In this document: piece by piece, positions 54,241 to 63,989 of the stretch
Numbering within the stretch: position 1 is the first letter of the stretch
How the letters are laid out: every line of letters starts with the position of its first letter
Source: a virus
Taxonomy: Duplodnaviria; Caudoviricetes
DNA: 64,000 bases
Strand: one strand, 5' to 3'
IMG/VR virus record: IMGVR_UViG_3300028171_000090
Coordinates: 64,001-128,000 of that record
Notes under the pieces: model-generated
Database searches by the model: none
Seen by the model: the letters and a program-made list of their open reading frames with translations, nothing else
What the model was told of the DNA's origin: nothing
Position numbers and translations under genes: made by a program

Positions 54241-56529
54241 ATGAAAAAAACGGAAAATCTATCCAATATTAACATAAAACCAGTAGAGCCTTTATTAAAA
54301 GCTCAAGCTGATATTAACCGTGACCTGGAAACACAGGTATATGGTACAGCCAATGATGTACAACGTGATGGAGAACGTACAAGATCACGTGTCAATGATG
54401 TCGTATCGGAATTAATCCAAAGGGAGACAGGTTCTGCCAATGGAGACTTAATAGGTGGACTGGAAAGTTACTACGGTAACTCAGGTGGTAAAGATAAAGA
54501 AACATTTAACCGTATTAAAGATGCTTTATCTAATCCTGATGGAGCTAGTGACATCTATAAAATCTACTCTGAATTAAACTCGACAATTAGTAAGAACGAG
54601 GATTTAAATGTTGTCGTTAACTTAATCCCTCAGCTTGGTGACGCAATCAATGCGATAACAGATTCCATTCTATCACCAGATGATTTCACGAAACAAGTAG
54701 TGTTATCTCTTATGAAAGCTGATGTAGAATTAAAAGAAGATGACGATTTCAGAAAAGAGTCAATGCAAGTATTATCTGAGTATAAGTACAATAAGCATAT
54801 CAAAGAGATTGTAAATAAAACTGCTATCCAAGGTAAGCATTACGTGGCAGCTATCCCTTACAGTCGAGCATTCCAATATCTTTTAAATGATAAAGATATG
54901 CAACTTGCAAAACAGCAAATGATGGGTAGAACGACTTTATCTGAATCTTACAAAGGTAAGACGGAGGAAGTAACAGAACTTCTAACTGAATCGTTTACGA
55001 TGAATCTTTCAGAATGTTATGAATCAAAATCTATTGAAGACCTGAAAGGTAGTATCGTGGAAACGGTAGACTCATTCGTTCTTCAAGAAGGTGCTGTAAA
55101 TCTTGTAGATATGGAGCTACTACAAGAGGCAAAGAAACAAAACATGATTAAGAAGAAAGCTCCGAAGAAGAAAGATAAATCGGAAACACTTGCGAAAGAA
55201 TTAGAAGCAAACGGTAAGATTATAAATGACGGATTTAAATCTACCGATGAGATAAAAGAACTAACTGATGCTGATACAGCTTCTTTAAAAGGGGTCGTTA
55301 TCAAGCAGTTAGATATCCGTAAAGTCATTCCATTAGAAGTAGACGATATCTGTCTAGGGTATTACTACATTGAATCAGATGATACACAACAAGCTCTCCG
55401 TAAGAGCTATAATCCACAACAGTGGGCACAGAACATTAAGAAAAGTGCTTCGAAGCAGACGGTATCTAACTCTGTTGAGAATGCTTACAGTAACTTGTCG
55501 AAACTATTATTGCATCGTCTAGATAAGAAGTTCTTAGAGAAGAATGCTCACATTAAAGATGAGATTTACGGATTATTAAAATACCACCAAGTACTTCATA
55601 ACCGTAATGCTGTTAAAGTAACATACTTACGTCCTGATGAAGTATACAAGTTTGAAATCAATGGTGGGAAATCTGTATTAGACAATGTATTATTCTTTGC
55701 GAAGTTATACTTAGGATTATTAATGTCTAATATCATGATGCGTATTTCTCGTTCTAATGATATTCGTGCATACTACATTAATAGTGGTGTAGCACCAGAT
55801 GTATCAAGCGTAGTAAACCATGCAATCAATGAGATTAAAAAGGACAATCGTTCTTTAATGCATTTAAATAACATTCCTCGTATGATTGCAACTACGACTA
55901 AATTTACAGATTTATTCTTACCTACAGATAAAGATGGTAAACGTCCGATTGACTTTGACATCATTCAAGGTCAAGATGTGCAGGTAAAAGATGAAATGAT
56001 GGAGATGCTAGAAGAGATTATTGTCAGTGGGACCGGAGTTCCAAGCGTGCTATTGAACGCTTCTAATGACGTAGACTTTGCTAAGACCTTAACTATGTTA
56101 AGTACCAAGTACCTACGTCGGGTATTAGGTTGGCAGTTGGATTTAAATGAACCGAATACGGAATTCATTAAAGCAATTCTTCGTAGTGAGTTGGATGATA
56201 GAGAAAGTGAAATCAATAGCTTAACAACTTCATTCCAAGCACCGACGAATCTAGTATTACAGAATGCATTAGATGAAATTAATAATGCAAGAGATTTAGC
56301 GAATGCTATCTCAGGAGCAATGATTGGAGATAACAACCAAGATGAAGATGCACAACGTTTATTAGATATACTAAACTTATCTATTATGAAACAGTATGCA
56401 CCATCTGTCCCTTGGGCATCATTTGCTGAAATGGAGAAACAGGCTCGTGTGCAATTAGAGAAAGAAAAAGCAGAGAAAGCGGCTAAAGCGAAGAACGCTG
56501 GTGGCGGCGATGATACATCAGGTTACTAA
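54211..56529 (+). CDS. portal protein (phiKZ/AR9-type)
   Basis: IxDSILSPDDF, LGYYYIE, GKSVLDNVLF..KLY, RAYYIN, SGTGVP..LL; 772 aa; adjacent to tube and sheath; SD GGAGGTG. Confidence 0.75.
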   Translation: MGKTISLYFFMKKTENLSNINIKPVEPLLKAQADINRDLETQVYGTANDVQRDGERTRSRVNDVVSELIQRETGSANGDLIGGLESYYGNSGGKDKETFNRIKDALSNPDGASDIYKIYSELNSTISKNEDLNVVVNLIPQLGDAINAITDSILSPDDFTKQVVLSLMKADVELKEDDDFRKESMQVLSEYKYNKHIKEIVNKTAIQGKHYVAAIPYSRAFQYLLNDKDMQLAKQQMMGRTTLSESYKGKTEEVTELLTESFTMNLSECYESKSIEDLKGSIVETVDSFVLQEGAVNLVDMELLQEAKKQNMIKKKAPKKKDKSETLAKELEANGKIINDGFKSTDEIKELTDADTASLKGVVIKQLDIRKVIPLEVDDICLGYYYIESDDTQQALRKSYNPQQWAQNIKKSASKQTVSNSVENAYSNLSKLLLHRLDKKFLEKNAHIKDEIYGLLKYHQVLHNRNAVKVTYLRPDEVYKFEINGGKSVLDNVLFFAKLYLGLLMSNIMMRISRSNDIRAYYINSGVAPDVSSVVNHAINEIKKDNRSLMHLNNIPRMIATTTKFTDLFLPTDKDGKRPIDFDIIQGQDVQVKDEMMEMLEEIIVSGTGVPSVLLNASNDVDFAKTLTMLSTKYLRRVLGWQLDLNEPNTEFIKAILRSELDDRESEINSLTTSFQAPTNLVLQNALDEINNARDLANAISGAMIGDNNQDEDAQRLLDILNLSIMKQYAPSVPWASFAEMEKQARVQLEKEKAEKAAKAKNAGGGDDTSGY

Positions 56530-56535
56530 AATGAC

Positions 56536-56576
56536 AAAAGATATAGACTATACCATTACGGTATAGTCTATTTTTA
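56536..56576. terminator. bidirectional terminator between convergent portal and tail tube
   Basis: ATAGACTATACC-ATTAC-GGTATAGTCTAT. Confidence 0.8.
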
Positions 56577-57338
56577 TCACACTTCTGGTAATACAGGACG
56601 GAATTGATCGTATCTCTCGATCTTACGTCGCGCTTGAACGATTTTGTTAGCGTATTCGTTAATGTAAACGGATTCGTATTTAACACCAGTGAATTCAAGG
56701 TCAATTTGTACAAGACCGTGTTCACCGTGGTTCAAGTTCAAGTGAGATTTTGGAATCTTTGTTGGTACAATATTAGCGATTAATGCAGCGTACTCAATAC
56801 CTTTAGAACCACCAGTAGGGTCAGTTACTACGTATAGTAATTCGCCAGAGTGGTTTTTAGCACAGTATCCACCGTCAATTGTATCAGCTAATCCGTGGTA
56901 AGTAGCGTAACCAGTTTTAGGGTCACGAATACCTGTTGCCCAGTAGTTGATCGCTTCACGAACAGGAGAACCTTGTAATTCATATACTTTCATAGTGAAA
57001 GTATCGAAGTCATCCTTCATATTTGTAACCATTTTGAATTGGTTACCAGCGATACCACCAGTCATATCCTCAGAGTCTACTGCCATATCTTGAATTCCAT
57101 CGAATGAAGTATGACCTTTCTCTGTGTAGTTGCGGAAACGCGTAGTTAATTCTGGGTGACCTTGCGTCATGAACGGAGGTAGTTTAACCCAGTAGAATTG
57201 AGCGTAACCAGTAATCATTGGGTCGAACTGGTTAATGTTAGCATTATCCAATTTCAGTATACCCTTAAATAAATCTACATCATCGTATGCACGAGTTACT
57301 TGACGTAAACCAGTTTGAGATGTGTGTAATGTAGACAT
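56577..57338 (-). CDS. tail tube protein
   Basis: FTMKVYELQGSPVREAINYWATGIRDPKTG tube-like motif; directly downstream of the sheath. Confidence 0.75.
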   Translation of the reverse strand: MSTLHTSQTGLRQVTRAYDDVDLFKGILKLDNANINQFDPMITGYAQFYWVKLPPFMTQGHPELTTRFRNYTEKGHTSFDGIQDMAVDSEDMTGGIAGNQFKMVTNMKDDFDTFTMKVYELQGSPVREAINYWATGIRDPKTGYATYHGLADTIDGGYCAKNHSGELLYVVTDPTGGSKGIEYAALIANIVPTKIPKSHLNLNHGEHGLVQIDLEFTGVKYESVYINEYANKIVQARRKIERYDQFRPVLPEV

Positions 57339-57374
57339 AGGTTGATCTCTCCTTTCTTATAAAAAGACCGCGAA

Positions 57375-59273
57375 TTACACGCGGTCAATTGAGATTGTAA
57401 TATCATTGATTTCAGTGATAGATTTAAATCCGACACGGATAGCCGTTTGGATACGACGAGGAGTGTCAGGGTTTGAACTCTTCGTAATCACACCTTCAAT
57501 GAACTTACATTTGAAGTCACGATATTTAGCTAGACGCATGTCCAACATACGGTTGAATTCTTTTAAGTCCTCTTCCGTTTCATTTGGTTTGTAACGGAAT
57601 TTAGGGCTAAGCATTTCAACATCGCGTTTGATATCGTATAACGTATGAACGTTGTTCATGTCTAATAACTGAGAGTCTTTAGACTGAGAAGATAACTGAG
57701 TACCGAATGTGATTTCACCGTACTCTTCTTCTAAGTAGTTCAAACGTAATTCGTAAAGATCAGATTTATCTGCATCTTCAGCCACAGCAGGACGTACACT
57801 ATTAGGAATAATGTATTGGTTCAGCTTCACGAAGTCACCTGCTAATGGAATATGATTTCCATAAGAAGCGAAATGTGCTGGCATTGTATTAGCTACAAGG
57901 TAAGTCATTGTTACTGGAATATCCTTACCTGTGTATTCATCATAAGTCATGAAGTTTTGAGCCATGATAGTTACTCCGTAAGAGTTAACTGTTAACTCAG
58001 TTTGTCTCCATGTCTTTAAGTCAAGAATTGTGTGAGACATACCTGCATCTAAGTACAATGGTAGGTCATCACGTAGGTAACGCCAGTTAATCATAGCTTG
58101 CTTAACTTCCAATGGATAGTTTGCATCTAAAGCTACGTTAGCAGGGTTACGTTTACGGTCTAAGATTGTTTTATCAATCTTTCCGTCGAACGCATCAATT
58201 AAACGTTCGTTGATAGCGATTTGACGGTCACGGTTAGAACGTTTGAACGCTCCATCGTCACCAGCTGCTAATGGGTAACCTTCGTATAAACTTAGGTTAA
58301 TGCTATCTTTAGCAGTTGTGATGTGTTTGTAGTTCGTAGTATCACGGTTACGGAAGAATAAGAAGTCGATTTCTTCTGGTTTAATCTCCGCTTCTGGATG
58401 CTCTTGTTGAACTACAGGGCGTAACATTTCAGCCATTTGATAGAATGAATCTTCAATAGCGAAAGTGTTAATTGGGAAGATGTTACGTTTTAGTACATCT
58501 TCAATGTACTCGCTTCGGCTGTAGACACTACGAGCATCTGGGAATGTAGAGATGTTTAATGGTACCTCAACACGTTGTAACCCGTTCTCGTTGTTAAATA
58601 ACTCGAAGCTGTAGTTACGATAAACAGTTTCTTTATCGCGAGATGGAGATGGAGTTAAGCGGATGCGGTAAGCATTACCGAATTCTCCACGACCTTTTGA
58701 TACGAATAAGTAAAGTGGGAAAATAATCCCATCCGCAGCATTAGAGTCATCGTATTTCTCTTTCATAAGAATTTCGATGTCATCGTTCACGTCGCGTAAG
58801 TTGTCATACTTTTCAGCGAAAAGTTTAACTTCAGCTTTCTTTTCTTTAATAGGAACGTTACCTGAAGCAGTAGTAGTCTCTTGACCAGTTACAGCATCAA
58901 TGTAAAGAGGGTTCCCTTTAGAGTCAGTCTTTTGTTTGTCAAAGACTGCCACTTTTGCCATGATAAGTACGTTTGCATATGTAGCATCTTTCGCTGTAAT
59001 ACGCATTCCTCGTACTTGTCCACCATTACGCAACCAAGATAGTACGTTGTAGTACCCTTGACCGTGTACTTTAAAGTTTCCTTTACCGTAATCTCTTTCG
59101 GTGATAGCTAAGTCACGTAAAAGTGTCATTTGACCATCGATACCTTTGTCAGAGATGAATGGAGCAATTAATACTGCACCATTGTTTACGAAGGAATCTG
59201 TTTTAATTTCGGTATTGTCCTGAACACGAAGTGTATCGTGTGGATGTTTGTATAAACCTGGAGCAATAGCCAT
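57375..59273 (-). CDS. tail sheath protein
   Basis: 632 aa; DGQMT, LDANYP, RDDLP.YLDAG, LYELRLNY, FGTQ, NNVHTL..IKR; start moved to MAIAP (SD GGAGG). Confidence 0.85.
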   Translation of the reverse strand: MAIAPGLYKHPHDTLRVQDNTEIKTDSFVNNGAVLIAPFISDKGIDGQMTLLRDLAITERDYGKGNFKVHGQGYYNVLSWLRNGGQVRGMRITAKDATYANVLIMAKVAVFDKQKTDSKGNPLYIDAVTGQETTTASGNVPIKEKKAEVKLFAEKYDNLRDVNDDIEILMKEKYDDSNAADGIIFPLYLFVSKGRGEFGNAYRIRLTPSPSRDKETVYRNYSFELFNNENGLQRVEVPLNISTFPDARSVYSRSEYIEDVLKRNIFPINTFAIEDSFYQMAEMLRPVVQQEHPEAEIKPEEIDFLFFRNRDTTNYKHITTAKDSINLSLYEGYPLAAGDDGAFKRSNRDRQIAINERLIDAFDGKIDKTILDRKRNPANVALDANYPLEVKQAMINWRYLRDDLPLYLDAGMSHTILDLKTWRQTELTVNSYGVTIMAQNFMTYDEYTGKDIPVTMTYLVANTMPAHFASYGNHIPLAGDFVKLNQYIIPNSVRPAVAEDADKSDLYELRLNYLEEEYGEITFGTQLSSQSKDSQLLDMNNVHTLYDIKRDVEMLSPKFRYKPNETEEDLKEFNRMLDMRLAKYRDFKCKFIEGVITKSSNPDTPRRIQTAIRVGFKSITEINDITISIDRV

Positions 59274-59308
59274 AAATAAAACCTCCAATCTTTTAAGTCA
59301 TAAGATAT

Positions 59309-59320
59309 TAATCTTATGTT
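59309..59320 (-). promoter_or_regulatory. putative late promoter
   Basis: AACA-TAAGAT-TA upstream of the sheath. Confidence 0.65.
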
Positions 59321-59343
59321 CCATTACAAGATTGCGAGGAGGC

Positions 59344-59385
59344 AAAAAAAGACCCCATACTACCTGAATGTAGTATGGGTTTTTC
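59344..59385 (-). terminator. intrinsic terminator
   Basis: CCCATACTAC/GTAGTATGGG stem with T-tracts on both sides. Confidence 0.75.
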
Positions 59386-60135
59386 TTATACTTTAATAAG
59401 TTCTTCTACTGGTGTGTAAGCCTGACTTCGATTGTGTCGAGTACGGTTAATTGATGATGTTACCATAGAATCTAAGTCCTCGAATGTCAATGCTGTGAAC
59501 GTTGAGTTCATTGAACATACCGTACGGTTATTAACACCTATGTAGTCATATACAGATACATTCGGATTCTTACCAATCTCTAAACGGAATGGTTTCGCAA
59601 TATCTTTCTTCGAACGAGATAACTCTGAGATAATACAAGACATTAGTGTGCCTGGAACTTGTAGGTTAACAGAGTTTAATTCTAAGTTACGAATCATGAT
59701 ATTTAATAACTGGTCGTAAGGAATCGTTCTAGGAATCTTTCCATCATTCAGCATCTTAATAAATGCTTCTACATTATCAATCGTTGCGATAACGTTTGTA
59801 GAAGTCATAACGACATCACCGTTAAAGTATTTTAATACATAATACTTCTCTTCTTCATGACCAGGAATTAATGTAAGTGTTTCCTTCTCAATGATATTCG
59901 GCTTCGTAATCATCTTACAAGGAACGTTGAACGTTTTTAATTTAGAGAAATCTCTCTTGTCAGTGGGCTTATTCATCACACAGAAGTTGAATAATCCCAT
60001 CGTTTCCACTTTCTCTCCTATAACCGTGGCAATACCCGATGAGAATAAACTATCAGGAATATAGACTTCTAAGTAGCCACCAGTGAAGATTAACTTCTCA
60101 TCTTTCTCTGCAAAGTAAGATGGTTTTGTCTTCAT
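59386..60135 (-). CDS. virion RNA polymerase beta'-like C-terminal subunit (putative)
   Basis: CIISEL.R and STFTALTFED...SS...TPVEELIK parallel the beta' C-terminal SFLSAASFQET...KENVI block; late promoter. Confidence 0.6.
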   Translation of the reverse strand: MKTKPSYFAEKDEKLIFTGGYLEVYIPDSLFSSGIATVIGEKVETMGLFNFCVMNKPTDKRDFSKLKTFNVPCKMITKPNIIEKETLTLIPGHEEEKYYVLKYFNGDVVMTSTNVIATIDNVEAFIKMLNDGKIPRTIPYDQLLNIMIRNLELNSVNLQVPGTLMSCIISELSRSKKDIAKPFRLEIGKNPNVSVYDYIGVNNRTVCSMNSTFTALTFEDLDSMVTSSINRTRHNRSQAYTPVEELIKV

Positions 60136-60155
60136 AATATCACTCCTCTATTTTA

Positions 60156-60167
60156 TAATTAGATGTT
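60156..60167 (-). promoter_or_regulatory. putative late promoter
   Basis: AACA-TCTAAT-TA. Confidence 0.6.
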
Positions 60168-60170
60168 ACG

Positions 60171-60205
60171 AAAATAAAAGTGAGTAGAACCCGAAGGTTC
60201 TACTC
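60171..60205 (-). terminator. intrinsic terminator
   Basis: GAGTAGAACC-TTCG-GGTTCTACTC-ACTTTTATTTT. Confidence 0.85.
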
Positions 60206-60262
60206 GTGCTTAATCTCATGGATACATGATAATACAAACTAGACAGAGGGAAGATTTCCCTT
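60171..60262 (-). ncRNA. candidate late small RNA 2
   Basis: AACA-TATTTA-TA promoter (60273-60262), 5' hairpin AGGGAA-AUC-UUCCCU, UUCG terminator 60205-60171, no SD-led ORF. Confidence 0.3.
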
Positions 60263-60280
60263 ATAAATATGTTTAGTATA

Positions 60281-61468
60281 TTATTTCAATAAAGTTGCTA
60301 AGTCGATTAAGCTTTGTTTAAATTCAGCAACGTTTCGGTCTTCGTTTTCATTGTTCTCTACACACTTCGTAACGTTTACTAAGAAGTAGTTAACAAATGA
60401 AGCTGTAGACATAGTGATCTTTTTATTCTTTGTGACTTCACGGTATAATAGGTATAAGATACCTTCGATTTGACCATGGAAGCGGTTCGGAATAATTTTC
60501 TTTAAGTCTGTTAGTAAGTAACGTGGGTCTAAGAACATATTCTTCTTATCGTTCTTTACGTAACGATTAAAGTTCTTTTCTTCTTTCTTGAAGTCCTTCT
60601 TCACACGTTTCATTACAGCAGCTTTACCACCTAGGTTATGGAAACGATCAGTTAAATTGTTTAAGTATAAGCTACCATGTAGGATGTTACGTAATTCAAT
60701 TAATTGACGTTTCTTTTCAGGATCAGTTGTTTCTTCAATCTCTTTTTCCACTTTAAGAATTTCTTCTTGTGAATCAAGGTTCTTAACTAATCCAGCTAAT
60801 TCCTGATGGAATTGTTGCATCATTGTTTCTAATACTTTTTTCTCTTCCTCGATAACTTTATCAAGGTTAGTTTGAGCAACCATATACTTTAAGAAGTCAC
60901 GACGGAATTCTTCAGGTGTATGTTCTCCAACTTCACTTACAAATTTCTCAGAGTTCTGAACCATGACTGGAGGAAGGACTTTACAAATCTCTTCATCAGT
61001 CATTTCATCAATCTTTTCAGGAGTTAATCCATCAAATAATTGATTAAACTGAGCATTTGCTAATTCACCAGCAGATTTATTCTTTAAGTCATCTGGTGAG
61101 ATATATGTAATATTTGTTTGATCAGGTCGTGTAGAAACATCAGTTCCTAGTACCTGCACATTCATGTCTTGTAATTCTCTTAACATTTTTGGATCAATTC
61201 TATGGCTACCTGCTCCTGCAATTACTACAGCGTTAGATTTCTTTTCTTCTTGTGTAGCTACAATATCAGAACCAGTAATAGTAATACCGTCAGTAGAATT
61301 GATATTAGCAAGTTCAGCAGCTTCTTGTTCTGCTAATCCTTGTAGTGCTCCATCGAATTTTTCAATAGTATTAGTTAGAGCTTCTTTAAATCCAGGTTGT
61401 ACTTGGTCTTCTTTACCTTCTAATACCTGTCCTACTACTGTTTCGATTTCTTCACGTTTGTTTTGCAT
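60281..61468 (-). CDS. helical/coiled-coil hypothetical protein with acidic N-half
   Basis: 395 aa, SD GAGGAGG. Confidence 0.85.
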   Translation of the reverse strand: MQNKREEIETVVGQVLEGKEDQVQPGFKEALTNTIEKFDGALQGLAEQEAAELANINSTDGITITGSDIVATQEEKKSNAVVIAGAGSHRIDPKMLRELQDMNVQVLGTDVSTRPDQTNITYISPDDLKNKSAGELANAQFNQLFDGLTPEKIDEMTDEEICKVLPPVMVQNSEKFVSEVGEHTPEEFRRDFLKYMVAQTNLDKVIEEEKKVLETMMQQFHQELAGLVKNLDSQEEILKVEKEIEETTDPEKKRQLIELRNILHGSLYLNNLTDRFHNLGGKAAVMKRVKKDFKKEEKNFNRYVKNDKKNMFLDPRYLLTDLKKIIPNRFHGQIEGILYLLYREVTKNKKITMSTASFVNYFLVNVTKCVENNENEDRNVAEFKQSLIDLATLLK

Positions 61469-61525
61469 TTTAATTTCCTCCTCGGTTTCTCTTAATTTAT
61501 GGTTTATATTTTCTTTTTCTAATAT

Positions 61526-61789
61526 TTATGTAGCGGGTGTTAACGCTGTACAAATAAGATTATACGCTACACTTCTATACTCTTCATCAATAAAGTTCTT
61601 TGAGCATTGATGGGCAAGTTCTTTTACCATAGATGAACTATTGAGCATCAACTCTAAATCAAGTTTAGTCTTACAACATTCATCTATTTCTTTCTCTACT
61701 TTAGTTCGAAGAGAAGCTGGTAATTGTTTACCAGCTATCCTCTGACGAAATGATGCTATAGCTTCAGTGATATTTTCCATAGCTATCAC
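61526..61789 (-). CDS. hypothetical protein
   Basis: 87-aa helical ORF. Confidence 0.6.
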   Translation of the reverse strand: MIAMENITEAIASFRQRIAGKQLPASLRTKVEKEIDECCKTKLDLELMLNSSSMVKELAHQCSKNFIDEEYRSVAYNLICTALTPAT

Positions 61790-62038
61790 CTAGGCACGCA
61801 TAGAAGTAGATTTGAAGTGATTGTAATCCTCTTCAGATAATACAGCTACCATACCATCATCTGTAATTACAGCATGGTCATGTAAGTCTTCCGCAGTAAT
61901 TTCTACAGCTGTAGCCATATCAATTTCATAACGAGCTAGGTAAGGAAGGTCTTCCCCATTTACCATAACCGTTGGTTCATCGTCCTCATTATAAGGTGTA
62001 ATAATATATTTGTCACAATCTTTTAATACTACTGTCAT
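61790..62038 (-). CDS. family F single-domain protein
   Basis: PTVMVNG...LARY...DDG..AVLSEED. Confidence 0.7.
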   Translation of the reverse strand: MTVVLKDCDKYIITPYNEDDEPTVMVNGEDLPYLARYEIDMATAVEITAEDLHDHAVITDDGMVAVLSEEDYNHFKSTSMRA

Positions 62039-62063
62039 TGTTAGTTCCTCCTCAGGAATAGTT

Positions 62064-62882
62064 TTATTTTTTATTTGGTACTTCTGATGGGTCTACTACT
62101 CCCGCAGCATCAGTTACTGTTGGACGAATACCCATAATACTTTCACTAGCAAGAATGAAACATTTACCGTGTGAAGTTTCAAGTCTAGGCGCTCCATCAG
62201 CATCAGGTACAAGGTGACCATCATAGAATCCACCATATCTACCTTCTACTGCATAGCGACCATTATACATTAAATGATAATGTCTGATATGTTTATCTAG
62301 CATCATTACAGTACATTCATCATTCCAAACCTTACCAACGATTAATTGGTTAGCCATATGTGTTCTGTTGAGATTAATACGATCTTGATCGATAAATACC
62401 ATGGCATCATGTGATACCATAACAGCATCCCCATAATCAGTTCTTACAATACGGCTCATTTCACTATCACCTAAGGTATCCAATTCTTCGTCAGTGATAT
62501 AACGAATAATTTCATGCTGTAAACCATCTATCAATACTTTAGGTTGAGATTTATTCCATTCATATGGCACCATTATGATATTATCATTATCTTTATGCAT
62601 CTCTTTAAGAGATACTATACACGCTTCATTGTCAGAAGCTAATACAGCTCGTATTAACGTGTAGTCGCCATGTAGCATCATAGGGATTTCCATATATACT
62701 GTGGATGTTCTCCAGTCAGTATGACGTTTCTTTAATTGCCCTTGAAGAATTTCTCCTTCTGGACTAATAACAAAATACATTCGATCTGCTCGAATTGCAG
62801 CAATATTAAAATTAGTATTAAATAATACCATATATTGTCCTGCAAAGTTTTTATACATAGTTCCTAATACTTCATGTGCCAT
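62064..62882 (-). CDS. multi-domain protein with family F domain
   Basis: PKVLIDG...IIRY...TDYG; start moved to MAHEV (SD GAGGAGG). Confidence 0.75.
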   Translation of the reverse strand: MAHEVLGTMYKNFAGQYMVLFNTNFNIAAIRADRMYFVISPEGEILQGQLKKRHTDWRTSTVYMEIPMMLHGDYTLIRAVLASDNEACIVSLKEMHKDNDNIIMVPYEWNKSQPKVLIDGLQHEIIRYITDEELDTLGDSEMSRIVRTDYGDAVMVSHDAMVFIDQDRINLNRTHMANQLIVGKVWNDECTVMMLDKHIRHYHLMYNGRYAVEGRYGGFYDGHLVPDADGAPRLETSHGKCFILASESIMGIRPTVTDAAGVVDPSEVPNKK

Positions 62883-62883
62883 T

Positions 62884-63648
62884 TTATTTTTCCTCCTCAG
62901 CTTGCTCAATTGCAATTTCTTTATTAGCTAGAACTGGAATACCGTTAATTGTACAGTGACCTTCAAGTTCTCTTGTAAGTTCACCAGTAACCGTTCTAAC
63001 AGATGTTTTATATGCATACGTATGACCTAATAATAGCTCATGACGTTTAACATCTGGGTTTAATTTAATAGAATCTTTATAAATTTCACCTATCATATCA
63101 ATAGGTTTCATATCAATACAGCTATTACAATATTCTGTATACTTAGCCATATCTTCGTCATTTAATAATACGTAATACCCATCATCTGAAAGAATAGCTT
63201 TATCTCCAAACATACGCTTGATATCAAGCTTTGGATTTGCACGTTCTACAGATGGATAATGGATACCTTTAATTAAGATTTGGTCAGATGGTACTGTAAA
63301 TGCACGATTACTAATCGCGATTGTACCAAGACCTTTTTCTTTAATCTTTTTAAATATATCTAAGTTACCTACAATTCTTACATATCGAATTGCATGGTCA
63401 AGTTCTAGTTTAAGATAAAGGTTTGCATCAGGATGGTCAGACTCTTTTACGAGTTTAGCTTCCGTATAGAAGTTATCTCCTGCACCTTTTTCTTTATTAA
63501 AATGAAAACTCATAATTGGGTATCTCTTACCTACTTCTAGGTCATCGATACTGATGAATTCGGCACCTTCTTTTAATGTGCATAGGTATCCTAATACCCC
63601 ATTCCATCCTGTGATTCCCAATGTTTTAATCGTTCCTACTGTTTCCAT
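62884..63648 (-). CDS. multi-domain protein with family F domain
   Basis: ILIKGIHYP.VER...SDDGYYVLLNDED. Confidence 0.75.
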   Translation of the reverse strand: METVGTIKTLGITGWNGVLGYLCTLKEGAEFISIDDLEVGKRYPIMSFHFNKEKGAGDNFYTEAKLVKESDHPDANLYLKLELDHAIRYVRIVGNLDIFKKIKEKGLGTIAISNRAFTVPSDQILIKGIHYPSVERANPKLDIKRMFGDKAILSDDGYYVLLNDEDMAKYTEYCNSCIDMKPIDMIGEIYKDSIKLNPDVKRHELLLGHTYAYKTSVRTVTGELTRELEGHCTINGIPVLANKEIAIEQAEEEK

Positions 63649-63671
63649 TCCGATTCCTCCTCAGTATGTAA

Positions 63672-63989
63672 TTAGTCTACAATACTAAAATCTTTTACAT
63701 TCTTTGCATATAATTCATATAGCTCTGTTACGACAGTGGATTTGATTTCTGTATAGCCGTCCTCTTTACGTAAGACTGGAGCTAAGAATTCTTCCAATAA
63801 ATTCTCCTCGCAACTAATAGTTTGTTTCTCTACGAATAATTTCTTAATAGCTACGTTCACACTTGTGTCATCGTAGTCTACAATATATTTTAAGAATTCT
63901 GTATCATCATCGATATCAAACGCATTTGGAATAATATCAAAGATGATTTTATTTGCTTGTGTAATAATCAGCGCTTCTTGCTGATTCAC
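63672..63989 (-). CDS. hypothetical acidic protein
   Basis: 105-aa ORF. Confidence 0.65.
   Translation of the reverse strand: MNQQEALIITQANKIIFDIIPNAFDIDDDTEFLKYIVDYDDTSVNVAIKKLFVEKQTISCEENLLEEFLAPVLRKEDGYTEIKSTVVTELYELYAKNVKDFSIVD

Noticed and set aside
54241-54243. Alternative portal start at ATG 54241
   Set aside because: It is preceded by a T-tract with no SD, whereas 54211 has GGAGGTG at usable spacing
59386-60135. LEVYIPD in this ORF as a family A motif
   Set aside because: It lies near the N-terminus, the other family blocks are absent, and the C-terminus fits an RNAP beta' fragment
3811-61610. Many antisense or overlapping ORFs in the track (e.g. 3811-, 5985-, 7298-, 10347-, 21406-, 31153-, 32891-, 40763-, 55971-, 61164+)
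   Set aside because: They are shadows of well-supported genes on the other strand or frame, with no SD, promoter or protein-like composition
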